Assembly: GCA_965219175.1 (NCBI GenBank) | Contig: CBDCNI010000001.1 | Location: 94,026 to 158,025, forward strand | DNA: 64,000 bases | Origin: Rubrobacteraceae bacterium | GTDB taxonomy: Bacteria > Actinomycetota > Rubrobacteria > Rubrobacterales > Rubrobacteraceae | Direction of reading: 5' to 3' | In this document: positions 17,095 through 25,925 of the stretch, in pieces | Numbering within the stretch: the stretch's first letter is position 1 | Layout of the letters: each line of letters begins with the position of its first letter | Made by a program: the position numbers and the translations under genes | Notes under the pieces: generated by a model | What the model was told of the DNA's origin: nothing | What the model saw: the letters and a program-made list of their open reading frames with translations, nothing else | Database searches by the model: none

Positions 17095-17682
17095 CTACAG
17101 CACGCTCGGCAAATACCCCGGACGCGACTTCTCGAAAGCCTCCAGGTCATCCTCGTGCGTGAGCGTGAGGCTGATGTCGTCGAGGCCGTTCATTAGCCGG
17201 TAGCGGGCAAAGTTGTCGAAGGCGAACGGCTCCTCGAAACCGGGCGCCTTGACGACGCGGCCTTCGAGGTCGACGGATACCTGCGCTTCCGGGTTCCCGC
17301 GGACGGTGTCGAGGAGTTTCTGTACGGAGTCTTCAGGGAGTTCCACAGCGAGGAGCCCTATTTTGGCGCAGTTGTTCTTGAAGATGTCGGCGAAGGAGGG
17401 TGCTAAGATGGCCCCGAAGCCGTAGTCCTGGATGGCCCAGGGCGCGTGCTCACGGCTAGAACCGGAGCCGAAGTTCTGGCCCGCGAGCAGGACCACCGCT
17501 CCTTCGTGTTCGGGTTTGTTCATCACGAAGTCCGGGTCGTCGCGCCAACTTGAGAACAGGAACTGCCCGAATCCTGTCCGCTCTATTCGTTTGAGGGCGT
17601 CGGAGGGGACGATCTGGTCCGTATCCACGTCGTCCCAGCCGAGCGGCAACGCCTTTCCTTCCACACTCTTTACCGCCTCCAT
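17095..17682 (-). CDS. leuD: 3-isopropylmalate dehydratase small subunit
   Basis: GQNFGSGSSREHAPWAIQDYG motif, immediately downstream of leuC. Confidence 0.95.
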   Translation of the reverse strand: MEAVKSVEGKALPLGWDDVDTDQIVPSDALKRIERTGFGQFLFSSWRDDPDFVMNKPEHEGAVVLLAGQNFGSGSSREHAPWAIQDYGFGAILAPSFADIFKNNCAKIGLLAVELPEDSVQKLLDTVRGNPEAQVSVDLEGRVVKAPGFEEPFAFDNFARYRLMNGLDDISLTLTHEDDLEAFEKSRPGYLPSVL

Positions 17683-19098
17683 CTAACTCACCTCCACAGA
17701 TACGCCGAGTTCACTGGGCGAGGCGAACCGCCCCATTACCGCCGTCGCCGCCGCCACCACCGGGCTGACGAGATGCGTCCTGCCCCCCTTGCCCTGCCGC
17801 CCCTCGAAGTTGCGGTTGGACGTGGACGCACACCGCTCACCAGGTTGCAAGATGTCCGGGTTCATCCCGAGACACATCGAGCACCCGGCGTTCCTCCAGT
17901 CGAAACCCGCCTCCGTAAATATGTCGGCCAATCCCTCTTCCTCGGCCTGCTTCTTCACGCGCATCGAACCGGGGACGACCATCGCCCTGATGCCTTCTTT
18001 TACCTTGTGCCCTTCGAGCACACGAGCAGCGGCTCGCAGGTCTTCGATGCGCGCGTTGGTGCAAGAGCCGAGGAATACCGTGTCCACCTCTATCTCCCGA
18101 ATGAGGGTTCCGGGTACGAGGTCCATGTACTTGAGCGCCCGCTCGTGGCCTTCGTTCTGGGGCTCGGGGACCGCATCGTCGAGCCCGACGGTCTGCGCAG
18201 GATTCGTACCCCACGAAACGTATGGCACGAGATCCTCAGCCTGGATGACGACCTCTTTGTCGTACTCCGCGTCCTCGTCGGTGCGAAGACTCCTCCACTC
18301 CTCCACGGCAACGTCCCAGTCCTCGCCTTTCGGGGCATAGGGCTTATCCTTGAGGTACTCGAAGGTCGTCTCGTCGGGGGCTACCAGTCCGGCTCGGGCG
18401 CCTCCCTCGATAGACATGTTGCAGATGGTCATCCGGCCTTCCATCGAGAGGTTGCGGATGGCTTCGCCCCTGTACTCGATGACGTGACCCACGCCGCCGC
18501 CGGTCCCGATGCGGTTCAGGATGCCGAGCATGATGTCTTTGGCGGTGATCTCCGGCGCCGGCTCGCCCTCGATAGTGACAGACATGGTCTTCGGACGGCT
18601 CTGTTGCAAGGTCTGGGTCGCCAACACGTGCTCGACCTCCGATGTACCAATCCCGAAGGCGAGCGCCCCGAACGCGCCGTGGGTCGCGGTGTGGGAGTCG
18701 CCGCAGACTATGACGAGACCCGGCTGTGTCAGGCCCATCTCCGGCCCTATGATGTGCACGATCCCCTGCCCGATTGAGCCCCACTCGTTGAGTTCGATGC
18801 CGAACTCCTCGCAGTTCTTCTCCAGCGCATCCATCTGCTTCGCCGAGACCTTGTCCTCTATGGGCATCCCGAACTCGGAAGTCGGGACGTTGTGGTCCAT
18901 CGTCGCGTAGGTGAGGTCGGGGCGGCGGACTTTGCGCCCCGCGAGCCGCAAGCCCTCGAAGGCCTGCGGGCTGGTTACCTCGTGGACGAGGTGAAGGTCG
19001 ACGTATAGGAGATCCGGCTCGCCTTCGGCTCTCCGCACCACGTGCTTCTCCCAAACTTTCTCCACCAGCGTCTTCGCTCTGTTCTCCGTACTACTCAT
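17683..19098 (-). CDS. leuC: 3-isopropylmalate dehydratase large subunit
   Basis: Aconitase-family motifs [32 protein letters not shown] and CSMCLGMN. Confidence 0.95.
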   Translation of the reverse strand: MSSTENRAKTLVEKVWEKHVVRRAEGEPDLLYVDLHLVHEVTSPQAFEGLRLAGRKVRRPDLTYATMDHNVPTSEFGMPIEDKVSAKQMDALEKNCEEFGIELNEWGSIGQGIVHIIGPEMGLTQPGLVIVCGDSHTATHGAFGALAFGIGTSEVEHVLATQTLQQSRPKTMSVTIEGEPAPEITAKDIMLGILNRIGTGGGVGHVIEYRGEAIRNLSMEGRMTICNMSIEGGARAGLVAPDETTFEYLKDKPYAPKGEDWDVAVEEWRSLRTDEDAEYDKEVVIQAEDLVPYVSWGTNPAQTVGLDDAVPEPQNEGHERALKYMDLVPGTLIREIEVDTVFLGSCTNARIEDLRAAARVLEGHKVKEGIRAMVVPGSMRVKKQAEEEGLADIFTEAGFDWRNAGCSMCLGMNPDILQPGERCASTSNRNFEGRQGKGGRTHLVSPVVAAATAVMGRFASPSELGVSVEVS

Positions 19099-19819
19099 CT
19101 CCGTCCTTTCTACTGTTATCTAACTTCCCGTTCTCCTTGACGCCTCCGTAAACCACGAACCTGTGATGCTGATACACGCACCGCACCGCCTCGAAACCTA
19201 CTCCTTCGAGCCATCCCAGCTGCGCCTCCAGGGTCGCGTTTTTGTCCGCCCTCATGCGCGTGAGCGCGGCGTCGAGTTCTTTTTCGGAAACGCCGGCTTT
19301 TCGCACCCGGCCCAGCCACCATTTTTGGAGCCGCTCCTCTTCTTCCAGCGTCGCCCCGGATATCTGGTCCGCGTTTACGAAGTAGCCGTCGTCGGTTAGC
19401 GAATCACGGATTCTTCTGAACAACTCTTGTTTATCCCTGTCGGTTAGGTGGTGGATGGAGAGGGCCGACACCACGAGATCGAACTCCCCGGAGAGCGCCT
19501 TGCGCGCGAAGTCCATGGTGCGGAACTCGAAGCGCCCCGCCTCTCCGGGGAACTCTTCGTTCAAACGCCGCCGCGCGACGCGGAGCATCCCGACCGAGAT
19601 ATCCACGAGCGTCACCCGTGAGTTCGGAAACTTCCCGGCGACCATCGCGCTCAAAAGCCCTGTCCCCGCGCCGAGATCCAGAACCCTTATCTCCCGCCCC
19701 CGCTTGTACGGGATGCTCTTCAGAACGGCCCCATAAGCCCGGTCGAGACCGGGCACGAGCTGCCGGCGAGCCCGATCGTAATCCTCCGCTGCCGCGTCGA
19801 ACAGCGCACCGACCGTCAA
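19091..19819 (-). CDS. class I SAM-dependent methyltransferase
   Basis: SAM motif [12 protein letters not shown] and [12 protein letters not shown]. Overlaps the leuC start by 8 nt. Confidence 0.8.
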   Translation of the reverse strand: MTVGALFDAAAEDYDRARRQLVPGLDRAYGAVLKSIPYKRGREIRVLDLGAGTGLLSAMVAGKFPNSRVTLVDISVGMLRVARRRLNEEFPGEAGRFEFRTMDFARKALSGEFDLVVSALSIHHLTDRDKQELFRRIRDSLTDDGYFVNADQISGATLEEEERLQKWWLGRVRKAGVSEKELDAALTRMRADKNATLEAQLGWLEGVGFEAVRCVYQHHRFVVYGGVKENGKLDNSRKDGDE

Positions 19820-20658
19820 GCGGCCCGCCCGGCGCGTGTCGCCACCACGTTCAGGCGCACGTAGTCCAGAGTCGGCGCGTCTTCTCCGGTCTCCTCGACG
19901 GTCTTGGCCGCCACTTTTTCGGCCACGGCCTCGGCGAACGGCTCGCGTTCCTCCTCCGGCAGCCGTGGGAGATGCCCGCCGAGCACCACCGTCGCCAGGA
20001 AGCGGACCAGATCCTCCACCGAACCGAACAGCGTCGGCTCCTCGTGCGTCCAGACTTCGACGTCCGTAAAACCGGCCTCCTCCAGACGGGCCTCTGTCGC
20101 CGCTACACTCGCGTAGTGCTTGTCGTCGCTAAAGCCCTCGAAATACGCCCGGTAACGATCCTCGCTCATGACGATCCGCACGGCCTCCGTCGCGCGCGAG
20201 ATGTTACCCTCGCCGCCACACTGGGCAACGAGCCGTCCGCCGGACTTTATAGCTCCGGCCAACCGCCGGAAGAGATTGTCGTGGTCCTTTATCCAGTGGA
20301 ATGTAGCGGTAGAGAAGATGAGGTCAACGGGCTCCGCCACCTCCAGAAGCGTCAGGTCCTGTTGCTCCACCCGCATGCGAGGCTCCCCGGCGAAACGGCT
20401 CCGGGCCGCCTCGACCATCGCCCGCGAACCGTCCACCGCGAGCACCGTCCCCTCCGGCAAGCGATCCAGCAACAACTCCGTCACCCGTCCGGTCCCACAC
20501 CCTGCGTCTATAACGGCCTCGTCCCCGCGCAGCGCAACACGTTCCAGCAAACTCGCTCCCCAACGAGTCTGCGGCGAAGAGAGACCCTCGTATAGAACCG
20601 CGTCCCAATCCCGAACCAAACCACGCTTCTCCTTGTTTTGTCTCACATTATGAGACAT
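19816..20658 (-). CDS. trans-aconitate methyltransferase-like SAM methyltransferase
   Basis: From ATG 20658: WDAVLYEGLSSPQTRWGASLLERV..., VIDAGCGTGRVTELL and LIFSTATFHWI resemble the Tam family. The 395 aa ORF-track version has an Arg/Pro-rich non-coding extension. Confidence 0.7.
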   Translation of the reverse strand: MSHNVRQNKEKRGLVRDWDAVLYEGLSSPQTRWGASLLERVALRGDEAVIDAGCGTGRVTELLLDRLPEGTVLAVDGSRAMVEAARSRFAGEPRMRVEQQDLTLLEVAEPVDLIFSTATFHWIKDHDNLFRRLAGAIKSGGRLVAQCGGEGNISRATEAVRIVMSEDRYRAYFEGFSDDKHYASVAATEARLEEAGFTDVEVWTHEEPTLFGSVEDLVRFLATVVLGGHLPRLPEEEREPFAEAVAEKVAAKTVEETGEDAPTLDYVRLNVVATRAGRAA

Positions 20659-20670
20659 ACTGACCACAAT

Positions 20671-21393
20671 ATGGACAGTATAGATGTTACTCCTCCGTCC
20701 GGCAAGAGCGGGGTCGGGGTATTGGACAAGTCGGTGGCGATCCTGGCGTTTCTGGCGGCGGGTGGTCCGGCGGGGTTGGCGGCGGTGGTCGATGGTACGG
20801 GGATACCTCGTCCGACGGCGCACCGGCTTCTCGCGGCGCTCGAAACGCACGGGCTGGTGGCGCGGGGCGGCGGTGGGTACAGGTTGGGTTTGAGGTTGCT
20901 GGGGTGGGGAGAGCTGGCGGCGGTGGAGGCTTCGCCGGGGTTGGTCGAGGCGGCGCGACCGGCACTCGTCCGGCTTAGGGATGCGACCGGGGAGAGTACG
21001 CAACTCTACGTGAGGGAGGGAGACGGGAGGGTCTGCGTGGCGTCTTTCGAGCGGGCGACGGGGCTCAGGACAACGGTTGCGGTTGGTGAGGTGCTACCGC
21101 TCGTGAGGGGATCGGCAGGAAGGGTGTTGCTCGCCTGGGCGGACGATAAAAACAGTCTTGGGATGGAAGAAATACGGCTCGTGGAGGTTCGGGAGCGGGG
21201 TTGGGCGGAGAGCGTGGCCGAGCGGGAACGGGGGGTGGCGAGCGTGAGCGCCCCGGTTTTCAGGGGTGGGAGGGTGGTTGCGGCGGTAGGGGTGAGCGGT
21301 CCGATCGCGCGCCTCGGGGAGAGCCCCGGAGAGCGGATGGCCGGGGAGGTCGTCGCGGCGGCGCGGCGGATAGAAGATGCCTTCGCCTCCTAG
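20671..21393 (+). CDS. IclR family transcriptional regulator, divergent from the leuCD operon
   Basis: N-terminal wHTH (VLDKSVAILAFLAAGGPAGLAAVVDGTGIPRPTAHRLLAALE) and a C-terminal IclR effector domain. The position is analogous to actinobacterial LtbR. Confidence 0.85.
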   Translation: MDSIDVTPPSGKSGVGVLDKSVAILAFLAAGGPAGLAAVVDGTGIPRPTAHRLLAALETHGLVARGGGGYRLGLRLLGWGELAAVEASPGLVEAARPALVRLRDATGESTQLYVREGDGRVCVASFERATGLRTTVAVGEVLPLVRGSAGRVLLAWADDKNSLGMEEIRLVEVRERGWAESVAERERGVASVSAPVFRGGRVVAAVGVSGPIARLGESPGERMAGEVVAAARRIEDAFAS

Positions 21394-21442
21394 CTCTTCG
21401 GGTAGACTGAGCTAGAAGGTATTAGAGAGAAAGGACCAGCGT

Positions 21443-21757
21443 ATGATCGTGGCAGAAGTAAGCATCGCCCCGCTCGGGACTGAGGGTCCCAGCGTGAGCA
21501 AGTATGTGGCGGCGGCCGTGAAGGAATTGGAAGCTTCCGGCCTGAAGTGTACGCTCGGGCCGATGGGGACGACGGTCGAGGCGGAGACCGTGGAAGAGGC
21601 CTACGCCGCGATAGCGAAGGCCCAGGCGGCTGTCTTCGAGATGGGCATCGGGCGGGCGTACACGGTCATAAAGATGGACGAGCGGCGGGATAGTGGAAGA
21701 TCTTCGGATGACATGGTCCGGGCGGTCCGGGAGAACATCGAGGGCGGCCGACAGTAG
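21443..21757 (+). CDS. MTH1187/YkoF family thiamine-binding protein
   Basis: 104 aa. VAEVSIAPLGTEGPSVSKYVAAAV...LGPMGTTVE pattern of the DUF77/MTH1187 family. Confidence 0.8.
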   Translation: MIVAEVSIAPLGTEGPSVSKYVAAAVKELEASGLKCTLGPMGTTVEAETVEEAYAAIAKAQAAVFEMGIGRAYTVIKMDERRDSGRSSDDMVRAVRENIEGGRQ

Positions 21758-21796
21758 CAACCTGGGCTCGAACTGCTTGTCGGAACGTCCGTTAGA

Positions 21797-22804
21797 ATGG
21801 AGTCTATGGAGAGAGATCAGAGACAGCGGGTATTCAGCGGGATACAGCCGAGCGGCAACCTTCATGTAGGGAACTATTTGGGGGCTCTCAAGAACTGGGT
21901 TTCGATCCAGGACGAGTATGAGAACTACTTCTGTATTGTGGATTTGCACGCCCTGACGGTTCCACAGGACCCGAAAGTGCTCCGGCAGAAGATCCGGGAG
22001 GTCGCGGCGATCTACCTGGCATCCGGCATAGACCCGGAGAAATCAGTCGTCTTTCGCCAGAGCCGGGTCTCGGGACACGCCGAACTCTCCTGGCTCTTGA
22101 ACTGCGTCGCCAGGGTCGGCGAACTCTCACGCATGACTCAGTTCAAGGACAAAACCCAGAAGGGCGAGGCCGAATCGGCGAGCGCCGGGCTCTACGACTA
22201 TCCCGTCCTGATGGCCGCCGACATCCTTCTCTACAACGCGCACCTCGTACCGGTCGGAGAGGACCAGCGCCAGCACCTGGAACTTACCCGGACGCTGGCC
22301 CGGCGGTTCAATCACCTTTACGGTGAAACGTTCGTCGTACCGGAGCCCATGATCCTGAAGACCGGGGCGCGGGTCATGGCGCTCGACGAGCCGGCCGAGA
22401 AGATGAGCAAGAGTTCTCCGAGGGTGGGTAGCTACATCTCCATCCTGGACGACCCGGATACCATCCGGCGCAAGGTCAAACGGGCAAAAACCGACTCGGG
22501 TGCGGAGATAACAGCCACATCAGACAAACCAGCCATCACGAACCTGCTCGACATCTACGCCGCCGTCACGGGACGCGCCGTGCGGGAGATCGAAGAACAG
22601 TACCAGGGCAAGGGCTACGGCGACTTCAAGAAAGACCTGGGCGAAGTCGTCGTGGAAGGACTCGCGCCGATCCGTGAGCGGGCTTTGGAACTGATGGACG
22701 ACCCGCGAGAGTTGGACGATCTTCTGGAGTCAGGGGCCGAACGAGCCCGAGAGAAGGCGCACCCGATCTTGGCGAGCGCCTGGGCGAAGTTGGGACTGGA
22801 TTAG
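21797..22804 (+). CDS. trpS: tryptophan--tRNA ligase
   Basis: Class I motifs: GIQPSGNLHVGNYLG (HIGH-like) and KMSKS (EKMSKSS). Confidence 0.95.
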   Translation: MESMERDQRQRVFSGIQPSGNLHVGNYLGALKNWVSIQDEYENYFCIVDLHALTVPQDPKVLRQKIREVAAIYLASGIDPEKSVVFRQSRVSGHAELSWLLNCVARVGELSRMTQFKDKTQKGEAESASAGLYDYPVLMAADILLYNAHLVPVGEDQRQHLELTRTLARRFNHLYGETFVVPEPMILKTGARVMALDEPAEKMSKSSPRVGSYISILDDPDTIRRKVKRAKTDSGAEITATSDKPAITNLLDIYAAVTGRAVREIEEQYQGKGYGDFKKDLGEVVVEGLAPIRERALELMDDPRELDDLLESGAERAREKAHPILASAWAKLGLD

Positions 22805-23010
22805 TGGAAGAGACGAAAGCGAAGATCCTCAAAGTCCTCGGCGCGGTACCGAACGGCGTCCTGTACTCGACCACCGACTGGCACCGAATACTCGGAGAAG
22901 ACAAAAGAGAGATCCGTCACGCCCTCGACGAGTTGGAAGCCGAAGAGAAGATAGAGATAATAAAGAGCGACTCCGGCCGCTCGGACAAACCGCTTCAGAG
23001 GCTCAAGTAG
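22804..23010 (+). CDS. small winged-helix-like protein
   Basis: 68 aa. GTG start overlaps the trpS stop (TAGTG). KILKVLGAVPNGVLYSTTDW...IRHALDELEAEEKIEII resembles a wHTH. Confidence 0.4.
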   Translation: MEETKAKILKVLGAVPNGVLYSTTDWHRILGEDKREIRHALDELEAEEKIEIIKSDSGRSDKPLQRLK

Positions 23011-23045
23011 ATCAGGTATACCAAACAAAAGATAGGAAACAAAAA

Positions 23046-23072
23046 GCGGCCCCACCGAAATGGCGGGACCGC
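23046..23072. terminator. imperfect GC-rich hairpin between convergent genes
   Basis: GCGGCCCCACC-GAAA-TGGCGGGACCGC lies between the 22804-23010 ORF (+) and the RlpA-like gene (-). Confidence 0.4.
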
Positions 23073-23099
23073 AGATTACTCTTTTAGTTTCTAGTGATC

Positions 23100-23780
23100 C
23101 TAGTATGCGACAGCGTAAGCGCTGGCCGTAGCCGTGCCGCCGTAAGAGTAGGCGCTGGCGCTAGCGCTAACCGAACCGCTACCGGAAGCGTAGACGGTGT
23201 CGGTGCCATAGGTGGTGTAGTCAACCACGCTCGGGGAATAGGTCACGGTCTGCGGCTGCTCGTAGATGAGCGGCTCGACACCAGTGGCCGGTGCGGCCGG
23301 AGTCGCCTCTACAGGCGCTGCGGCGGCGGGAGCCGCAGTGTCAGCGACAGGGGCGGGGTCCGCCTTCGGGGCGGGAGCCGGGGCAGGGGCCGAGCTAGTA
23401 TCGCCGGATCCAACCTCGGTAACGTCCACGGGGGCAACGCCACCGAGTCCGATAGCCTGAGCGGCGCCGAGCGAGAGGTCAATGTCACGGCCGGCGACGT
23501 AAGGACCGCGGTCGTTCACCGTAACGTTCACGCAACCCTGATAACAAACTCGGAGCTGGGTGCCGAGAGGATAGGTTAGGCTCGCAGCCGTATAACCGTA
23601 AGGATCAAAAGGCACTCCGCTCGCCGTCGGACTACCGGCCAACTCGTTTCCGTAGTAGCTCGCCACCAAGGTCTGAGCCTGCGCCTTCGCGGAGAAAACC
23701 CCCGCCAGGACGACAACCGCAAGCATCGCCCCCAACACGTAAACAGATCTAGCCACACGACGTTCCATGATCGTACTCAT
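23100..23780 (-). CDS. secreted RlpA-like double-psi beta-barrel (DPBB) protein
   Basis: Signal peptide. ASYYGNELAGSPTASGVPFDPYGYTAASLTYPLGTQLRVC...VTVNDRGPYVAGRDIDLS is the RlpA/expansin-like DPBB core. Pro/Ala linker and a Ser/Ala/Tyr-rich low-complexity tail. Confidence 0.8.
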   Translation of the reverse strand: MSTIMERRVARSVYVLGAMLAVVVLAGVFSAKAQAQTLVASYYGNELAGSPTASGVPFDPYGYTAASLTYPLGTQLRVCYQGCVNVTVNDRGPYVAGRDIDLSLGAAQAIGLGGVAPVDVTEVGSGDTSSAPAPAPAPKADPAPVADTAAPAAAAPVEATPAAPATGVEPLIYEQPQTVTYSPSVVDYTTYGTDTVYASGSGSVSASASAYSYGGTATASAYAVAY

Positions 23781-24038
23781 CGTAAGCCCCCTCCAATAGT
23801 AGGCTGTATTTCAGTAACAGGGAAGGACTGTAACAGGCCCGTAATATTTTGCAAGGAAATATTACGAAAACTTTACAAAGATGTTGCTTGACGGTTTCGA
23901 AATAGCTACCAGCGATGCGAAGTGTACCTCAAACGGAGAAGACTGGAATCCTTCGTGAAGCCCTCAATGTCCGGCCTGCTATGATTGTGTCCATGCTGTA
24001 TGATGCTGGTAAGCAAGTTTATGGGGAAGGTTTCCGGA

Positions 24039-24788
24039 ATGGGTAGCGTGAGCGAGGAAGAGCTTACTTTAGAGGAGACTACCCCTCCCTGGTTCCGTCT
24101 CAGGGCCGCAGCAGTTCACTTGTACACGGCGAGCGGGGCGGTTCTTGCGCTCTTGATCGTGGTGGCTGCTTTCGGGGGTGAGACGACGCGTGCGTTGTGG
24201 CTGATGCTCGCCACCCTCGCCATAGACAGCACCGACGGTCTCCTGGCCCGAAAGCTGCGGGTAAGTGAGGCTTTACCGTCCTTCGACGGCGCTCTTTTGG
24301 ACAATATCGTGGACTACATGACTTACGTCCTAGCCCCGATGCTCTTACTCTGGAGCGGAGGGTACCTGCCGGAAGGTCCTCTGGGCGTGGCCCTGGCGGC
24401 ACTGCCGCTTTTGGCTTCGAGTTACCAGTTTTGCCGGGTGGACGCGAAGACCGAGGATCACTTCTTCCTCGGGTTCCCGAGCTACTTCAACGTCGTGGCT
24501 TTCTACATCATCGTCTTCGGGCTCAGCCCGGTCGCGGTGGGCGTGACGCTCGGACTCTGCTCCATCCTGGTCTTTATCCCCATCAGGTACGTCTACCCGA
24601 CCCGGACCGTCGCCTTCCGAAAAGTGTCGCTCACCCTGACGGCGCTCTGGCTCGTCAGCTACGCGCTGATACTTCTGCAGGTGCCGGATCCGAGCCCCGC
24701 GATCCTCATTTTCTCGCTGGTTTATCTCGTCTACTACTTCGGCCTGAGCCTGTACCTTACGGGCAGGATGTTCACGGCGCGCCTTTAG
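24039..24788 (+). CDS. pcs: phosphatidylcholine synthase-like CDP-alcohol phosphatidyltransferase
   Basis: DSTDGLLARKLRVSEALPSFDGALLDNIVDYMTYVLAP and KTEDHFFLGFPSYFNVVAF closely parallel my recollection of rhizobial Pcs (DGIDGPIARK..VKEVLP..SGDTLDNVIDYVTYVLLP, KTDEYFFSGFP). ATG 24039 follows GGGGAAGG. Confidence 0.7.
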   Translation: MGSVSEEELTLEETTPPWFRLRAAAVHLYTASGAVLALLIVVAAFGGETTRALWLMLATLAIDSTDGLLARKLRVSEALPSFDGALLDNIVDYMTYVLAPMLLLWSGGYLPEGPLGVALAALPLLASSYQFCRVDAKTEDHFFLGFPSYFNVVAFYIIVFGLSPVAVGVTLGLCSILVFIPIRYVYPTRTVAFRKVSLTLTALWLVSYALILLQVPDPSPAILIFSLVYLVYYFGLSLYLTGRMFTARL

Positions 24789-24859
24789 CGTCGCTGACCC
24801 GAAGCTCGCCGATATGAGATAGCATGTGCTCTCCGAAACCGATCACGAGGTAGGAGACA

Positions 24860-25381
24860 ATGGCACAGAAGACTTACGACAGCCCGCCGGAAATGAACCT
24901 CAACCCGGCGAGCGATTACTACGCCAACTTCGCGACCGGGAAGGGTCTGGTCAAGATAAAGCTGTTCGCCCAGGAGGCCCCGGAGACGGTCAACAACTTC
25001 GTGTTCCTGGCGCAAGACGGGTACTTCGATGGGACGACCTTCCACCGCGTCATAAAGGATTTCATGGCGCAGGGCGGCGACCCGACGGGTACGGGAACCG
25101 GCAGCCCAGGGTATACGATCCGGGACGAGTTCCACCCGGACCTCCGGCACGACAAGCCCGGCATCCTCTCGATGGCGAACGCCGGCCCGAACACCGGCGG
25201 CTCGCAGTTCTTCGTCACGCACGGGGAGACGCCGTGGCTTGACGGCAAACACGCGGTTTTCGGCGAGGTAGTAGAGGGAATGGACGTCGTGTACGCCCTC
25301 CGGGAGCGCGACCCGCAGAGAGACCGGGAAGACGGAGATAGCATCGAGCGGGTCGAGATCGAGGAAACTCCCCGCGCCTGA
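24860..25381 (+). CDS. peptidylprolyl isomerase (cyclophilin type)
   Basis: FHRVIKDFMAQGGDPTGTGTG, GILSMANAGPNTGGSQFF. Confidence 0.95.
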   Translation: MAQKTYDSPPEMNLNPASDYYANFATGKGLVKIKLFAQEAPETVNNFVFLAQDGYFDGTTFHRVIKDFMAQGGDPTGTGTGSPGYTIRDEFHPDLRHDKPGILSMANAGPNTGGSQFFVTHGETPWLDGKHAVFGEVVEGMDVVYALRERDPQRDREDGDSIERVEIEETPRA

Positions 25382-25487
25382 AACCCTGGCCCTCGCCCGG
25401 ACGGGTCCTCAACATGTCCCGAACGGGTGCGGATTTACAGTCTCCGGGACCGGGTAGAAGTTAACCTCACTTTGGCAGTAAGACACT

Positions 25488-25883
25488 ATGAGAGGGGTTC
25501 CCTTGTCAAAGGAAGTAGCGGAGAGTTTCAAAGAAGCGTTGTGGAAGCTGGAGGAAGACCAGGATGTCGAGGCGCTGGTCGAGCTTCACACCGACGACTG
25601 CGAGGCCGGCAACGTATCGGTCCCCCGCACGTTTCACGGCCACGACGAATTGCGAGAGTTCTGGACCAGCTACCGCAAGACCTTCGGGGAGATGAAATCC
25701 ACGTTCCGTAACGTCTTCGCGACTGACGGGCGGGCGGCCCTGGAATGGACCACCGAGGGCACCTCGGACGGGAACAGCATCTCCTACGAGGGTGTGAGCA
25801 TTTTGGAGATCGAAGACGACAAAGTAAAGCGCTTCATGGCCTACTTCGACACCCGCCACCTCTCACCCCAGGTCGTCGACTGA
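25488..25883 (+). CDS. NTF2/SnoaL-like fold protein
   Basis: 131 aa with the pattern of SnoaL-like polyketide-cyclase/ketosteroid-isomerase-like proteins (...AALEWTTEGT...GVSILEIEDDKVKRFMAYFD). Confidence 0.65.
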   Translation: MRGVPLSKEVAESFKEALWKLEEDQDVEALVELHTDDCEAGNVSVPRTFHGHDELREFWTSYRKTFGEMKSTFRNVFATDGRAALEWTTEGTSDGNSISYEGVSILEIEDDKVKRFMAYFDTRHLSPQVVD

Positions 25884-25925
25884 CCCCACAGGCCGATACA
25901 CTTCCGTCTTGCTAGAATCCGCAGC

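Noticed and set aside
17773-18777. 334-aa plus-strand ORF
   Set aside because: It is antisense to leuC. It is a shadow ORF with no recognisable motifs.
20659-21003. N-terminal extension of the Tam-like methyltransferase ORF (395-aa version)
   Set aside because: The extension runs antisense through the IclR regulator gene and is Arg/Pro/Gln-rich. Methyltransferase homology starts near ATG 20658.
21758-21796. Possible T-box or attenuator leader upstream of trpS
   Set aside because: Only about 40 nt separate trpS from the preceding gene, which is far too short for a T-box.
23781-24038. Possible ydaO (c-di-AMP) riboswitch ahead of the RlpA-like gene
   Set aside because: I read the minus-strand leader and did not find the conserved ydaO sequence blocks. 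Only a simple AT-rich hairpin is present.
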